A stretch of 64,000 nt of DNA from Callorhinchus milii (taxonomy: Eukaryota): positions 91,328,001 to 91,392,000 of the forward strand of contig NW_024704742.1 of the NCBI RefSeq assembly GCF_018977255.1, given 5' to 3'. The position numbers were made by a program, and so were the translations under genes. Positions 46,099 to 58,760 of the stretch are shown one piece after another. How positions within the stretch are numbered: the first letter of the stretch is position 1; every line of letters begins with the position of its first letter. The notes under the pieces are model-generated. The model saw only the letters and a list, made by a program, of their open reading frames with translations, had not been told where the DNA came from and ran no database searches.

Positions 46099-47891
46099 GA
46101 GAGGAGGCCATTTGGCCCATTGAGTTTGGGCCGGCTCACAGAGCAAGGATATAGCTTCAATCCCACCTCCGCCTTTACCCCACATGCCTTTCAGCCCCTT
46201 TCTTTCATGCCTGTCTACTACCCTCTTGAAAGCTACAATGGACTCTATCTCTACCACCCTACTCAGCAGGGCATTCCACATCCCAACAACTTTCTGGGTG
46301 AAAAAAATCCCAAGTTATCCTTTTGCGATTCCTGTGGCTATCTTATAACTGTGCCCACAAGGAAAGGACTCCCCTATAAATGGAAATAACTTCTCCCTAT
46401 TTACTGTCAAAACCCCTCATCATTTTGTACACTTCTACTAGCTTCTGCTTAATCCCTTCTAAGTCCCTGCTCAACCTTCCCTGCTCCAATGAAAACAGAC
46501 TCAGCTTCTGCAGAGCTCTCATCATAACTGTAAGGAGTTATTCCGTGCAATGTTATTGCAAGAATTTCTAATAAGTATGATTTTGGAGAAAAGATGCTGA
46601 CTCTCAATCTATTGCACTATGTGATACTGTGTCTCAATTGTTAATAATATGATAATAATAATATGAAAGTGAGAGATGGCTAGGAAGCAAAAAANTTAGG
46701 GGGTAATGTTTTACAAAGTGTTAGTTACCATCTGTGGAGCATTATTCCAATAGGTTTTTAATTATTTCTAGTTATTGCCTAGAATGTTACTATCTTGATG
46801 ATTTGTGTTTGATGCAGTTCAGGTAGTTTATTATTTTAAAAAAATGCATTTTGATGGATTAAAAGTAATTTTCAGAATCTAGAAATATACCAACAAGTGA
46901 AAAAAGCAGCAGGAATATTGATTGGATTCAGTTTAATGACTGCCAATCAAAAGATGGTGACAGGGTTTCTATTTTACCCTTTCCCTTTGGGAAGTATATA
47001 ACCTTTGACAGTACATTGGATCTACCAAGATTAGCATTCTGGGGAATATAGTAGGATTGGGATTAGGGATGTAAAGACTGATATTCAACGTCCAACAGTC
47101 TCGCAGGAATCTGCACGGAGCGCTCACTAGGTTTGCCAGTTTGTACAGTGTTAGTGCAAATAAATCTCCAAAGATCAATGGTAATGGATGAATTATTCAT
47201 GCTGGAAATACGTGAGCCTCCCTTTAGTTATTGGTTTGCGTGAACATCTTGGTCACTTTCTTCATGTGTGCATTTATACAAGCCTCATGAATAGCGAGGT
47301 GAATATTTATATCTAACGTCTCAGGATGCATGCCGTGTGGACGATTTGTTTGCGTTCCCGGCTCTACTCCCTCGTGAGGTGGAGCTCTGTGAGTGCTTCA
47401 GTAATAGCTACCTAACCATCCTTAAATCCTTGGAAGTGTCTCAGTTGTTATTAGAAAGAAACACAACATTGATGCTAATTGTCAACAATGAGCAGAAGTG
47501 CAGGTTGTGGACCTAACAGGACCTAACCTGTTTCCTTTGAACACAAAGGTTACAATCCCCACCCATAGAAACTGGGTAATTGATGCTCTTCACTGGAGGA
47601 TGTGATCATCAATTCATTGCACAGTGAAATTCTGTTCATTGAACATTCAATTGGACATGAAAATCATTCAACAAACCAAACTGGTTCATATAATGGGACT
47701 AATCATAAGAGGAGACTCACCTCCTAGCGGTCGAGCTGTGCAGTCTCTGACCTCACCGGAATCGGAAATGCTTTCCTCCACCAACCAAAAGCAACCAATA
47801 TTCAATTAACTGAGTTTCACTGTATGTTATTCTCCAAAAAACCGTGGTGGGAGTTTGTTGTGTGCCATGTGTAAACTATGTGCACAGAGGG

Positions 47892-47980
47892 TAATTATAT
47901 AATTAACAGTCAATGAAAAGGATTGATTTTTAATTTCATAATTAATAAATCCTTTCCATTGGCTGTTAATTCCATAATTA
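47892..47980. repeat. ~90-nt imperfect AT-rich palindrome
   Basis: aattaacagtcaatgaaaaggatt pairs with aatcctttccattggctgttaatt (22/24), plus outer taattat/ataatta. Confidence 0.85.
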
Positions 47981-49329
47981 AGATTTAGTCCATAATTAAT
48001 GAATCCCCTTCTGGGTACATGGTTTGCGCACTTTTCATAGAATTGTTTCAAATGTTTCCTTTTCAATGATTTATCTCATTGTTAGAATTGTCCTCTCCTC
48101 ATCTAAGTAGCAGGTGTACAGTCTTTTGAGGCCAATGGGCTGTTAATCATTCATTCTGAGTTGCGAACAGAAGGTGGTAACCAGTACTGTGTGGAATGCA
48201 GCCAGAAGCTATCCTGGATAAGAATTCATTTGATGCATTTTGGTTTAGAGTTTTGTGATTGCTATCAGTGAGTTAACCTGGCTGAAACAGCCTGGGCATA
48301 TCTGTCAGCGGTGACTGTTGCTCGGGGCAGCAGTGCTAAAGATTTACCTCCCAGAGCTACAAGGAGATTTCTGATGGGTTACATGTCTTGATTCTTGTCT
48401 TTCTCTTTCATTATTGCACAGAAGACGTCACTTTAGTAACTCAAGGCAAAAATGTACAGAGCTCGTGCCAAAAACCTGTAGCATAGCTTTTTTACACCCT
48501 CAGGCTTAACTTATTTGTGGAGAGAAGAATAAATGCACATGATGATCAACTCTGAAAACACTTGAAAACTACACTTTTGCATTCAACTCTCTCCAATTTT
48601 ACTGCACTGCTGGAATCCTTTGTTATAATGTTAAATCATTTGTAATGTGAATTATTGTTCTTTTCGAGGTGAAGGTTACCAGGGCTGGAGAAAGAAACAT
48701 TTTCCCCTACTTTTTACTCCTAGTGGCAACATCAAGAACTTCATAGTAGTTTTGAATCTACCCAAATCCCTCTTCTCTCAGAACACTTGCCCAAATAAAA
48801 GCTCTCTTTCCTCCTTCATTATAGTTTACCAGAAAACTTGGTTATTCTTCAACTTGGTTATTCTTGTCTCTGCAATTATGAAGGTGGGCTTTTATGACTC
48901 CAAAGCTAAGGCCATGCTATGCTAGACGTGAGAAGTTTCCTCAAGATATGGCTTGTTGCCATCACTGGAACAGTGCATCACACAGGCATTGAGTGGGAAG
49001 CTCCCTCCAGCTAACCGGTTGGATGCCTACAATATTGGGCTATGGGACATCAGGTCTGAGATTATAACTAACACTTATTGCTTAGCTTTGCTGTAGTGAC
49101 GATAGTCAAGGGGGTCTGTTGCACACTGTGTGTTAACACGTGTTCAGAGGATGTTACACAAGCCCTAAATTAAATAAATAACCAGCAATCCTTTCAGCAA
49201 CAACAACAAGATTACATTTGTATAGCGCCTTTCACGTCGGGAGGATGTTCCAAGGTGCTGTACAGTGTACAGCATTTCAGACCTGAGCTAGGATCATAAT
49301 GAGGGACACACTATCATTTCTTCTGTACA

Positions 49330-49790
49330 CATGATGCATAATCGGCTTCTGAGACCAACCTGACCCACGAATGACTACACTCCTTGGATGTAGTAAACAA
49401 GGTCTTTTGGGGGCTAGTTCCAAGATGATGAACCTGACAATTGGATTTCATGATCGAGTTGTTGCTTTGGTAGTGTCAGTAGTTGGGTATAATGGCCCTA
49501 TAGTTGGACAAACAGCAACAGCTTCCACTTAAAAACAACATTATCCAGACACACATCTGGATCATGGTGATACACGTTGTTTCTGTGCAGTGTTGGGATA
49601 TGTTTGACATTGTAGATCTTCCATATGGTAACGATTTCCAGCCTTTTAGCATGAAGTTTTCCTGTTTTGCCCCAAGTGTGTTGACATGAAGTCTTTCACA
49701 TTTTGTCATGAGCACGATACGAGCACAGCCTTACTTGAACCTGCTATACGATGGACACCTAACCAGTCTATGGGATGAGAACCAACAAAA
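49330..49790 (-). mobile_element. Degraded RTE-clade LINE C-terminal fragment
   Basis: Reverse frame ..WKIYNVKHIPTLHRNNV..*GHYTQLLTLPKQQLDHEIQLSGSSSWN*PQK resembles RTE GHV.RM...LPKQLLYGEL..G.R..GRP. Confidence 0.45.
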
Positions 49791-51622
49791 GTATTAAATG
49801 ACAAATTATCTTGATATGGTGTCATTGGGTGAGAGGGTATCAATCTAAAACGGATATACCTTTACATTAAATTATGGGAACATAATTTTACAGAAAATTA
49901 TGTGTTCAGTTCTAATGCTGTTGATGGCTCTGCCACTCTACAGTTCAACCAGCTTTCCTCTCAATCTTCATTTGGTAAAGTCAATTTAATCAATTTAGTT
50001 AAGTTGACTAATAGACTTCCAGCAGTGCAAGAGTGGATGAAACGTCTCTTTGAAAATGGTCTGCAATTAATCGACATGTTAATCGCGATCTTAACATTAT
50101 AGAGCTTCCTCCATTGGCGACAAAATATGAATTACCCAGAGCTGAATGATATTTTATTAGCCTTTTGTATTATAAACAAATGCAAACTAAACTCAGGTTG
50201 TACAGTAAAATAATTACAAGGTCCTTTGTATTTTGTTGATTTGCCTATATTGTGCCAGCAACCCTTACATTTAATATAGATTGTTTCACATTGGGTGGAC
50301 GTGTTAAAACACTTCACAGGATATACTTGACGCTCTTTTAATAGTTTTGTGGCTGTTTGTGGGATATTATTGCTGTGTGCAGATGCCTTTGTTTATAAAT
50401 TAAATAGTCACTACACTTTACAGTATATCTGTGAAGCATTTGAGATGCCCTCCCAATGTAAAAGGTGCTATATCAAATGCAAAGATTATTTATATTTGTA
50501 AGTGGTTTGAGATGTGAAAGATCTCTTGGAAGGTGCTTTACAAGTTCAAGTTATATTTATTATTGTATAAAGCTTCACACAATGAGTTTATTTAGAAATG
50601 TATTGAATGCATTGCAGGCAAATGTGGCAGCAGTGAGATGAATAGATAATTAATTTTTTTTGATGTGTGAGAGAGATACTGGCCGGGACTAAAGGTGATG
50701 CTGAAGGACATTTACCAGGTAGTGTGGAATCTGCCAGGTTGCAGGCTAGTCTGAAAGCATAGGAGCATCAACAAGAGACCAATAAAGCAAAGTGATCTCA
50801 AACTAAATCCACACTCTCTGTTTGTCTCAGAAACCTTGTGTTTTAGCAGTACTTTACTTGTATATTGTAAGAGTGAAATGAATGTACTGTTTGTGCTGAA
50901 ACAAAACCCACACTCTTCCTGTAGTAAACCATGGTTTGTCTATTAACATTTTCAGATTACAGTAAATTTCAACAGGACTTTCATTAAGATATTTTATTCT
51001 GGCATCTGCTGATAACACCCGATGACTCTGTTTTATGCGGTACCTCAATTGCCATTGACATGGTAATGGTGGTGGTAGAGCTTATTGAGCCAGAAGGATT
51101 ATAAGCTTTCTTCTTCCCTTTCTTCATCGCCAGCCCAAACATCACACAGTCAACAATATCACGGGAAACACTGTGTTATCTGCAGGAAGAGAATCCTGGC
51201 GTTATGCAAAAGTGCATTTGTTTTGGCTGGTTACACTGTCTGGTTTAAATTAAGAGGGAGTAAAGTTTAAATGCACAGTCCCTCTGGGAGGGCTAAGCAG
51301 GAGATCTGCATGCTGATGTGAACTATCTGGGTTCGATTTTTCAGTGAATTGACTGAGTGCAACCTCTTTGTGATCCAGGATTAATGTTCCTTTGGGAACA
51401 AATTAGAATTAACTCTGTGAGAGCCTGCGCTCGCTTTCTGGACTGAAATTGGAAATAATCATTTTCTCAGGTTTGCTCCTAACAATAATATGACTTACTA
51501 TTTGGGTTTGGGATTCCATGTTTTGAACCACGAGTGCTGTGACAGAACAGTCTCAGGGGGTCAGTAGCTCCCAGTGCACTGCAGCAATCAATTCCCAAAT
51601 CTAGCTGCGTTGTTAGAGGGAG

Positions 51623-51924
51623 ATAATAATAATAATAATAATCCTTGCATTTGATATAGCGCTTTTCACGTCTTCTAGATGTCCCAAAGCGCTTCACAGA
51701 ATATACTGTAAAGTGAATTGACTGCATATTTGTGGGCGAACGCAGCAGCCAATTGCGCACAGCAATGTCGTAGATTGAAAATGACCAATTTTTTTTTTTT
51801 TGGAGGGCTTATTATTAGGCGTGTGGAGTAAGGAAACTTGCCCAAGGTTTCGCCCTGACCTGGAATTGAACTCGGGTCTCTCACTTGCAAAGCGAGTGCT
51901 CTAACCACTGAGCTACAGGACTCC
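51623..51924 (-). mobile_element. tRNA-Ala-derived SINE, short form, full length
   Basis: GGAGTCCTGTAGCTCAGTGGTTAGAGCACTCGCTTTGCAAGTGAGAGACCCGAGTTCAATTCC: A and B boxes, anticodon arm with TGC; (TTA)n tail. Confidence 0.92.
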
Positions 51925-51994
51925 AGATGATAAAGGAGGCAGAAATGGCTCCGACTCCAAGCTCCTCTATCAAACCTCTCAATAGTTATATATA

Positions 51995-52095
51995 CAATGG
52001 AACCTGCTTCAGCCGGACGCCGGTTAATCCTGGACGCTGGGCAGTTCGGACAAAACCCCCGGCCCTTGTGTGTCCAGCTTAAGCTGCTTCCACTG
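51995..52095. mobile_element. Tigger/pogo-type MITE (101 bp)
   Basis: TA-flanked, with 24-bp imperfect TIRs caatggaacctgcttcagccggac / gtccagcttaagctgcttccactg. Confidence 0.8.
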
Positions 52096-52099
52096 TATA

Positions 52100-52415
52100 T
52101 TAACCCTTGCATTTGATATAATGCATTATTATGTTGACAAAATGTCTCGAATGCTTCACTGGATTTTACGCAACTGTTATGATTGTGCACTTTGTATGGC
52201 AGTGAATTTGCACACAGCAATGTTCCACACACAGCTAGGGAATGAAGACCAGTTTTATTTGGGGAATTGTTGGACATGGGAGAAATTTCCTTCTCTTTTC
52301 GAATAGTGCAATGGAATCTTTCATTTTTACCTGAAAAGGCAGACGGGATCTCAGTAAAACGTTTCATCCAAAGGACAACCAGCACAACCACTGACTGGAG
52401 TGTCAGCCTAGACTT
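52100..52415 (-). mobile_element. Deu-domain SINE
   Basis: Reverse strand ctttggatgaaacgttttactgagatcccgtctgccttttcaggtaaaaatgaaagattccattgcactattcgaaaagagaagg plus tail. Confidence 0.8.
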
Positions 52416-52559
52416 GGAATGGGGATCAATCTGTTTTGGAGGGACAGGAAAGTGAGAACATGAAGGTGGAAATAAATGAGCGCTTGAAAGAAGAAAACAA
52501 ATTAAGCGCAATGTGTTGGTAGATGGGGAGTGAGTCTCAGCTCTGGTTGTATTTGCAGT

Positions 52560-55500
52560 TGGGCAGTTGAGTCTTAATTTGACTAGATTGTGATGTCCTG
52601 TGCACCTGAACTGTGTAGAGATGCCATGACGCGGCTGACATGGACAATGCTCTTGAGTCATATGGACGTCACATGTTGAGTAGCTGTTTATCTGACCCCA
52701 GGAAACCTTAATAGCAAAGCCACTGTTAATTTGGTCTAATTCCAGCATTTATCCTGAGCACATGTCACTGATCAACTGCTGGTACCCTTTATAATCTTAT
52801 TGTTTGATAGCCAACAGCTCCACATGTGTCAAAGCAAATTACAACAACAACAGCCTACACTTATATAGCGCCCTCCACGCTGGGTAGTGTCTCGAGTGCT
52901 TAACAATGTTGGAGCCCAAGGCCGAGCCAGGGGGAGGGGGAAGGTGACCATAGGTAGGTCGAAAAGGAAGGTCTTCAGGTGCGACTTGAAGATGGGGAAG
53001 GAGGGGTCTAGGCGAAGGGGTTGAGGGAGGGAGTTCCAGAGTTTCAGGGCCTAGTGGCTGAAGGTATGGCCCCCGATGGTGGAACGAAGGTTTCGGGGGA
53101 CGCGGTGGAGGCCGGACCCAGTAGAGCGTAGGCAGCGGGTACTGTTGTGGGGAGAGAGGAGGTTAGAGAGGTGGGGGGGTGCCAAAGAATGGAGGGATTT
53201 AAACACTAGAGTGAGGATCTTGAAGTCGATCCGCTCTGTGACAGGGAACCAGTGGAGTTTGGCAAAGACTGGAGTAATCGGGGTACGAAGTTTGGTGCGG
53301 GTAAGAATGTGGGCGGCGGAGTTTTGAATTAGTTGTATTTTGTGAATAGTGGAGGAGGGGAGACCGGCGAGGAGGGAGTTAGAGTAGTCCAGCCGAGAGG
53401 TGACAAAGGCATGGACAAGGCTTTCAGCAGCTTTTGGGGTGAGGTATTGACAGAGACGGGCAATGTAGTGGAGGTGGAAGAAAGCAGTGCTGGTCATGGA
53501 CTGGATGTGGGGGAGGGAGGATAACTGGGGATTGAACCTGACGCCTAAGTTGCACACTGGTTCAGAGAGTTTTAAGGACAGGTCGGGTAGGTTGAGGAGG
53601 TTGGAACCGTGGGACAGAAGATGTCGGCAGGAGCCAAAGAGTATAGCTTCCATCTTGTTGACGTTTAACTGCAGGAAATTTGCGCTCATCCAGCTCCTGA
53701 TGTCTGACAGACACGCTGACAAAACATCAGGGGACTGGGGGCCACAGCTGTAGGTGGCAAAGTAGAGTTGAGTGTCATCCGCATACATGTGGAAGTTAAT
53801 CCCGTGTCTGCGGATGACATCACCAAGAGAGAGCATATAGATGAGGAAGAGAAGGGGGCCAAGGATGGATCCTTGGGGTACTCTGTAGGATGGAAGTGTG
53901 AAGAAAAGCCATTTGCAGAAATGTAGTGCTGGCGGTTTGTAAAATAGGACTCGAACCAAGTGAGTGCTGTCCCACTGAGGTGGATGATGGAGAACAGGCG
54001 GTGGAGGAGGATGGCGTGATTGATTATTTTGAATGCGACGGAGAGATCCAGGAGGATCGGAGGCAGGGGGAGCCCTGGTCACAGATAGAGAGGATATCAT
54101 TTGTGACCTTCACGAGCGCTATCTTTGTACTGGGCAGGGCAGAAACCAGACTGGAGGGGTTTGAGTAGGATGTGGAGGGAGTGGCGTGAGTGAAGTTGGT
54201 TGGCAACAACGCGTTCCAGTGCTTTGGCAAGGAAGGGCATGTTTGAAATAGGGCGATAGCGGCCGAGGTTGGAGGGATTAAGGGTAGGTTTTTTAAGGAG
54301 GGGGGGTGATGAACGCGGTTTTGAGGGTGTTTAATGGTGTCTGCCAGCAGTGGGCAGAGGAGGGGGAGCTGAGTGACCAGCAGTTGGGTGGGGAGGGGGT
54401 CGAGGCAGCAGGTGGTGGGTTTCATTGTGGTGATGGTGGATGAGAGTGAGGAAAGAGAGATGGGGACAAATGAATGTAGGATGGGGGCCATGGTAAGAGC
54501 TGAGGGCTGGGTGGGTGAGGGAGATGGAATGGGGGTGGTGGTAGGCGACACGCGGCAGAGGGATGAAGCTGCCAGGCGGATGTTGTCAATTTTAGAGGTA
54601 AGGAAGTCCATGACCTCTTCGCACTTGGAGTTAGATGTGATGATTGAGGGTGCTTGAGGGGGTGCACAGAGGAGGTGATGGGCGGTGGAGAATAGGATTT
54701 TCGAGTTATTGTTGGCCTCCAGTATGATGTTTGAGTCGTGCGCAGTTTTTGCGAACTATGTCTAAATTGTGACGTCTAAATTAGAATCCTTGAAAGTGCT
54801 ACTCCAAGAATTTGTCATGCCAGAGGCATTGAATCCAGTAGATGTTAGTTTATGAGGAGAGGGATAAATGCAGAAACAAATCTCCAAAACATAGGAGACA
54901 CTGCAGTCCCAACTCACATCTAACCTTTCGACTGGCATTGAGAGCAGAGATTCTTCCCACTTGGCTCTTGCTAACTTAGCAAGACAAAGCCTTGGTGGGT
55001 AGGATGTTCTTAGGTGGACAAACGGCAGGAAACTTGCCAAACAATCTTGGTATTAGCTGACTAAACTCCAAGCGCTACATCAAATGTTAGGATTATTTAA
55101 TACTCTTCAGAATTAAGAAAGCAGGTTGCATCCCTCTCGGGGGATAGTATACATTCTATTCCAGATATGGGAAAATTTTGAAGCATACATTGCTTGCATA
55201 TGTGGACCTCTATCTGGTTTGGACACTCTTACGATTGATGATGAGTTTTTTTTTGTGAGGATGACTTGTTTATTCAGTAGAGTTAAGGCAGTCTGTGACG
55301 TCTAGCTGACATTATGAGTAGTAGAGAGCAGGATACAGGATTGAATAGATAGTCTCTTCTGCTGGTGGGGGCTCAGCCCTTTCCTGGAGCTCATACCTTT
55401 GGGAATCGGGGGAGGAATGTTACAGAGTGAGTCATCGTCGTCGTTCCCCCCCCCCGCTGAGGTGCCCTTGGGGGTCTTTTGGTTCTCTCTGGATTTTCAC

Positions 55501-57107
55501 CTGGGGGAGGGGAAGGAGGAACTGGGTGGCCAACATCAAGAGAAGAAAAATAAAGCATTGAATGGGAGATCATATAGGGGTCACCCTGGGCGTGAACTCA
55601 ATGGGTTTCCCTGGAATTGTAGCACTCTTTCCTTTCTATGTATATGTGAATGTTAACAGCGATTGCCTCTGTCCCACCCTACTGTGTCAGTGAAGAGCCG
55701 GCCGAACAGTTACGTTTATACACATATACAGAGCTCACACATGGGGCATTGCATAATGAAGTGCTGTGACCTGAAACTTGCCTGACATTGTGTTGCCAGC
55801 TCGGGTGGGAGTCCGAAAGTTTTTAGATTGGATTCTGGAACGATAAATCTGATTAAGTCAATTAGCACAGGCATCTCCCTGGTGATGATTGTCCTCTCTA
55901 ACCGTGACATTTAAGGAATGAAAACTGTGTTTCTACAACCCAGCGAGTTTGAGGATTTCAGGAGATGTCCAGAGCAGACGAGGTGCTGCTCGGTGGAGCA
56001 GAGGCTAATAATGGACAGGTTACGTCCTAGGCCACAGCAATCCTCAAATTAGCTCAGAGGAAGGTATCCTAGACTGAGAGCTTGGGATCAGCTCACTTGT
56101 ATATCCTCGTGACTGACATTGGGCTGAGGTGTAAAGGAGAAAATGTAAAAATATTTACCGGGGAGTGATGGCAGGCACCAAAGTAGATTTGTGTGGTTAA
56201 TTGTGGGATAAAATTGACTATTCTTACATCCGGTATGGGGCAGACTAACTGTTCTGGACACGACTCGGACAACTTTATTTGTAAGAAGTTATTCTGTAAA
56301 TTTTAAAGATTCAAGCCTAGCTTTGTTTTCTGAGCAATTGCACAAAAGTCCTGTCATCCATAAAAATGAGGCTTGAAGTTGTGGAAATTGTGTCCCACCC
56401 AGCCCAGCCTGCACTGCCGAAAACTGGACTCCAGCTCCACCCACAGCCTTATTTACTGCCAGGGCACTAATGTTCCCATGGTTGACGGCTGGTTTTTATT
56501 TTGATAGGGGTTGGCATTGTCAATTGGAATTGTTGGCTTATAAACAATGATCCAAATAACCTATTCTGTGACAGACATGCACAGTGTGATTTTGTTTTCT
56601 AAATTATAGTGCTTTTTTAAAAAAAAGTACCAATAGTTCAGGCCAATGTTCATATAAACTCTGATGCTGATCTGAAGCTTTTGGACAAATTTTCAGTATA
56701 ACCTGTACTGGCGGTCTGAAACAAGGAGATTTCCAACAGGATTCCTGATAGATCTGAGTGGGGACTCCTTCCGGCAACTGGAAGTACATCATTGCAGACC
56801 AGTGGGAACTCTGCTCTGAAAATACATCATGGCAGAGGATGATCCCGCTAGTTTGAATGACATTGTTCCGGTTGTCAGAATTTTTGGTCAGTTGGGTGTG
56901 TGAAACACGTATGGAGACACATCACCACGCTGCAAAACAAACTATTAAGAGCTTCACAAGCCTAGGAGCCCATCTCAGATTTGTTAAGGAATCCCATTTG
57001 AAATGCTGACATATCAGACCACATTGTTTACTTTGTAGCCCCTGGGACTTGCCTGGTGGCCGAGGTCTCTGTTAAGAACGGTTGCACCAAAATCTTCTTT
57101 GCAGCAT
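52560..57107 (-). mobile_element. Candidate decayed endogenous viral/LTR-type element: env-like frame (57107-55716) plus copy 2 of the unclassified element, split by the L2
   Basis: A single stop-poor frame with hydrophobic signal-like, Gly/Ala-rich, heptad-like and Cys-rich segments. The downstream part is homologous to 14520-15300. Confidence 0.4.
52841..54763 (-). mobile_element. L2 (family B), 1.9 kb, longest LINE in the window, frameshifted
   Basis: [66 protein letters not shown] aaatt (52836-52840/54764-54768). Confidence 0.96.
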
Positions 57108-57829
57108 GACCTTTCCGACATTTCTTTTGCCCACAAAATAGTCACTCCATTTTACAGTCTTCTTTGAAGCGCATGAGATGTCTCAACAACCTAATAAGGC
57201 AACATATCAAATACAAGGATTATCAATTTATTTCTACGCAGAGCTGGGAGCCAGGTATAGGCGTGATTCATTCCGTTAGGCTGGTTCTTTTAATTGTTAA
57301 CTATTAAAATAGTGTTGACTAATTTATAGGGACTTTGCATCTTTAATTACAAGTGGGAAGTGTTTATGAGAGCTGACAAGCAAGTAGGTGCCCCTGTCAA
57401 TAGAGAGCATTGTAATCTTCTGCTGTGATCGGGGAGTTTTATTTAAGATGAAGCAAGCGAATGTTTGAATTGTTTAGGTCAGTGTGAAGTACAAGCTTTT
57501 TAAAAATGGGAGAAGGGAAGGGGATTAGATTAGAGTAAAGGCTTTAAAGTAATCCTAACTCAATGAGTTTAGGTTTTGAATTCCTATCCCAAAGAGCGAG
57601 AGTGAAATGTATCCATCAGTACATGGAGATAAGTGCAATTGATTTGTCAGAAGCAAGAGAAGAGGTGATGATGAATCAAGTCTAATGTTCTCACACCAAG
57701 GGATGGAAGAATGTTTCCTACCAGCAACTAGTCAAGTCACTTTACAATATATCCTATGAAGTGTTTTGCGGCGTCTCAATGGCATGATAAGGTGCCATAT
57801 CAAATATTATTATTTAACTCTGGATCAAA

Positions 57830-58760
57830 GAGTGGCCAAGTGATGGAGAGGAGAGAGAGGAGGAAGAGAACAGACTAAAGGGGCAGGAAGGAAGAGAGAG
57901 AGAAAAAGAGGGGATTGAGGGTGAAGAAAAGGCTCAGTGCCTACATTTCTGGTAATAGTGTTAGCTATAGTGTTTGGCTTTATTACCCTCTGCTGAACAC
58001 TGGGCTCTGTGGCAGCTCAGTATGGACCCTGTTTAGGAAATAGTGGTCATATGATCCATACAATAAAAACTGTGCTTCCTGCTGTCTGATCTCAGCCCTG
58101 TCATTTGGGATGACAGTGAATTGGCCTCCTGCGCAATGGATTTACATGTAATTCAATGTATTCATAGATTGTCACCCCCTCCATTATTATGTACTCTACG
58201 TTAACAATGAGCTCTTCAGACAGCTGCAAATGTCTTCTAGCAGTTACTTTCCACTTTTTTATCCAAATGTTCATCCGAAAGTATTCCCATGATGATATTG
58301 CGCAAACCATATTTATAATAGCTATTTTTTTCCCCAGAAAATAACTTGAGGAGCACGAGAGAGAGAAAGAGAGTGATGTGGAATGTTACTTTGAAAACAG
58401 AAGAGAACAGATAGAAGAGAGAAAGAGAGAGTGTGTGGCCTGAAGGGACGCAAATGCTTGAAAGAGAGAGAGGACTGAAGAAGAAAAGTGACAGCTTCTT
58501 CACGTCTGGTAGTGATGTTTGCTGTAATATTTGGACTTTTTAGCCTCTGCTGAATGCTGGTCTTTGTATCAATAATTGAAAGTATTCCTCCTTTTAAAAT
58601 TGTTGCAAAACATTATTTACACAAGTTAATTATTTTCAGAGAATCATTTGAGCAAAACACCTGAGAGAGAGAGAGAGAGTGTGATGTGGTATTGTACTTT
58701 GAGAACAGAAGACAAAATACTGAATGGAGAGAGAGAGTGGACTGAAAGGACAGCCAGTTA
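57830..58760 (+). repeat. Diverged local duplication/triplication with GA-rich cores
   Basis: 58275-58450 aligns to 58577-58752 (gaaagtattcc...gtgatgtgg...actttgaraacagaag); 57945-58010 aligns to 58500-58567. Confidence 0.75.

Larger units (their letters stand above)
44380..46520 (-). mobile_element. CR1 3' end split by an L2 (CR1 parts 44380-44402 and ~46099-46520)
   Basis: aaacatagaaatctacagtgtaga joins ggaggccatttggcccattgag as in the intact CR1 tail near 28490. ORF text WNALLSRVVEIESIVAFKR on the minus strand. Confidence 0.8.

Noticed and set aside
46695..46695. Single N base
   Set aside because: Assembly ambiguity at the end of a poly-A run; not biological.
51850..51924. tRNA-Ala gene
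   Set aside because: No acceptor-stem 3' strand; it continues directly into SINE body and tail.
51675..52748. 357-aa ORF as a gene
   Set aside because: It runs through a Deu SINE, a Tigger MITE and a tRNA SINE, so it is a chance open frame. Only its first ~60 codons may belong to the unclassified element.
53051..54611. Autonomous L2
   Set aside because: 5'-truncated, with no endonuclease domain, frameshifts and a deletion in RT.
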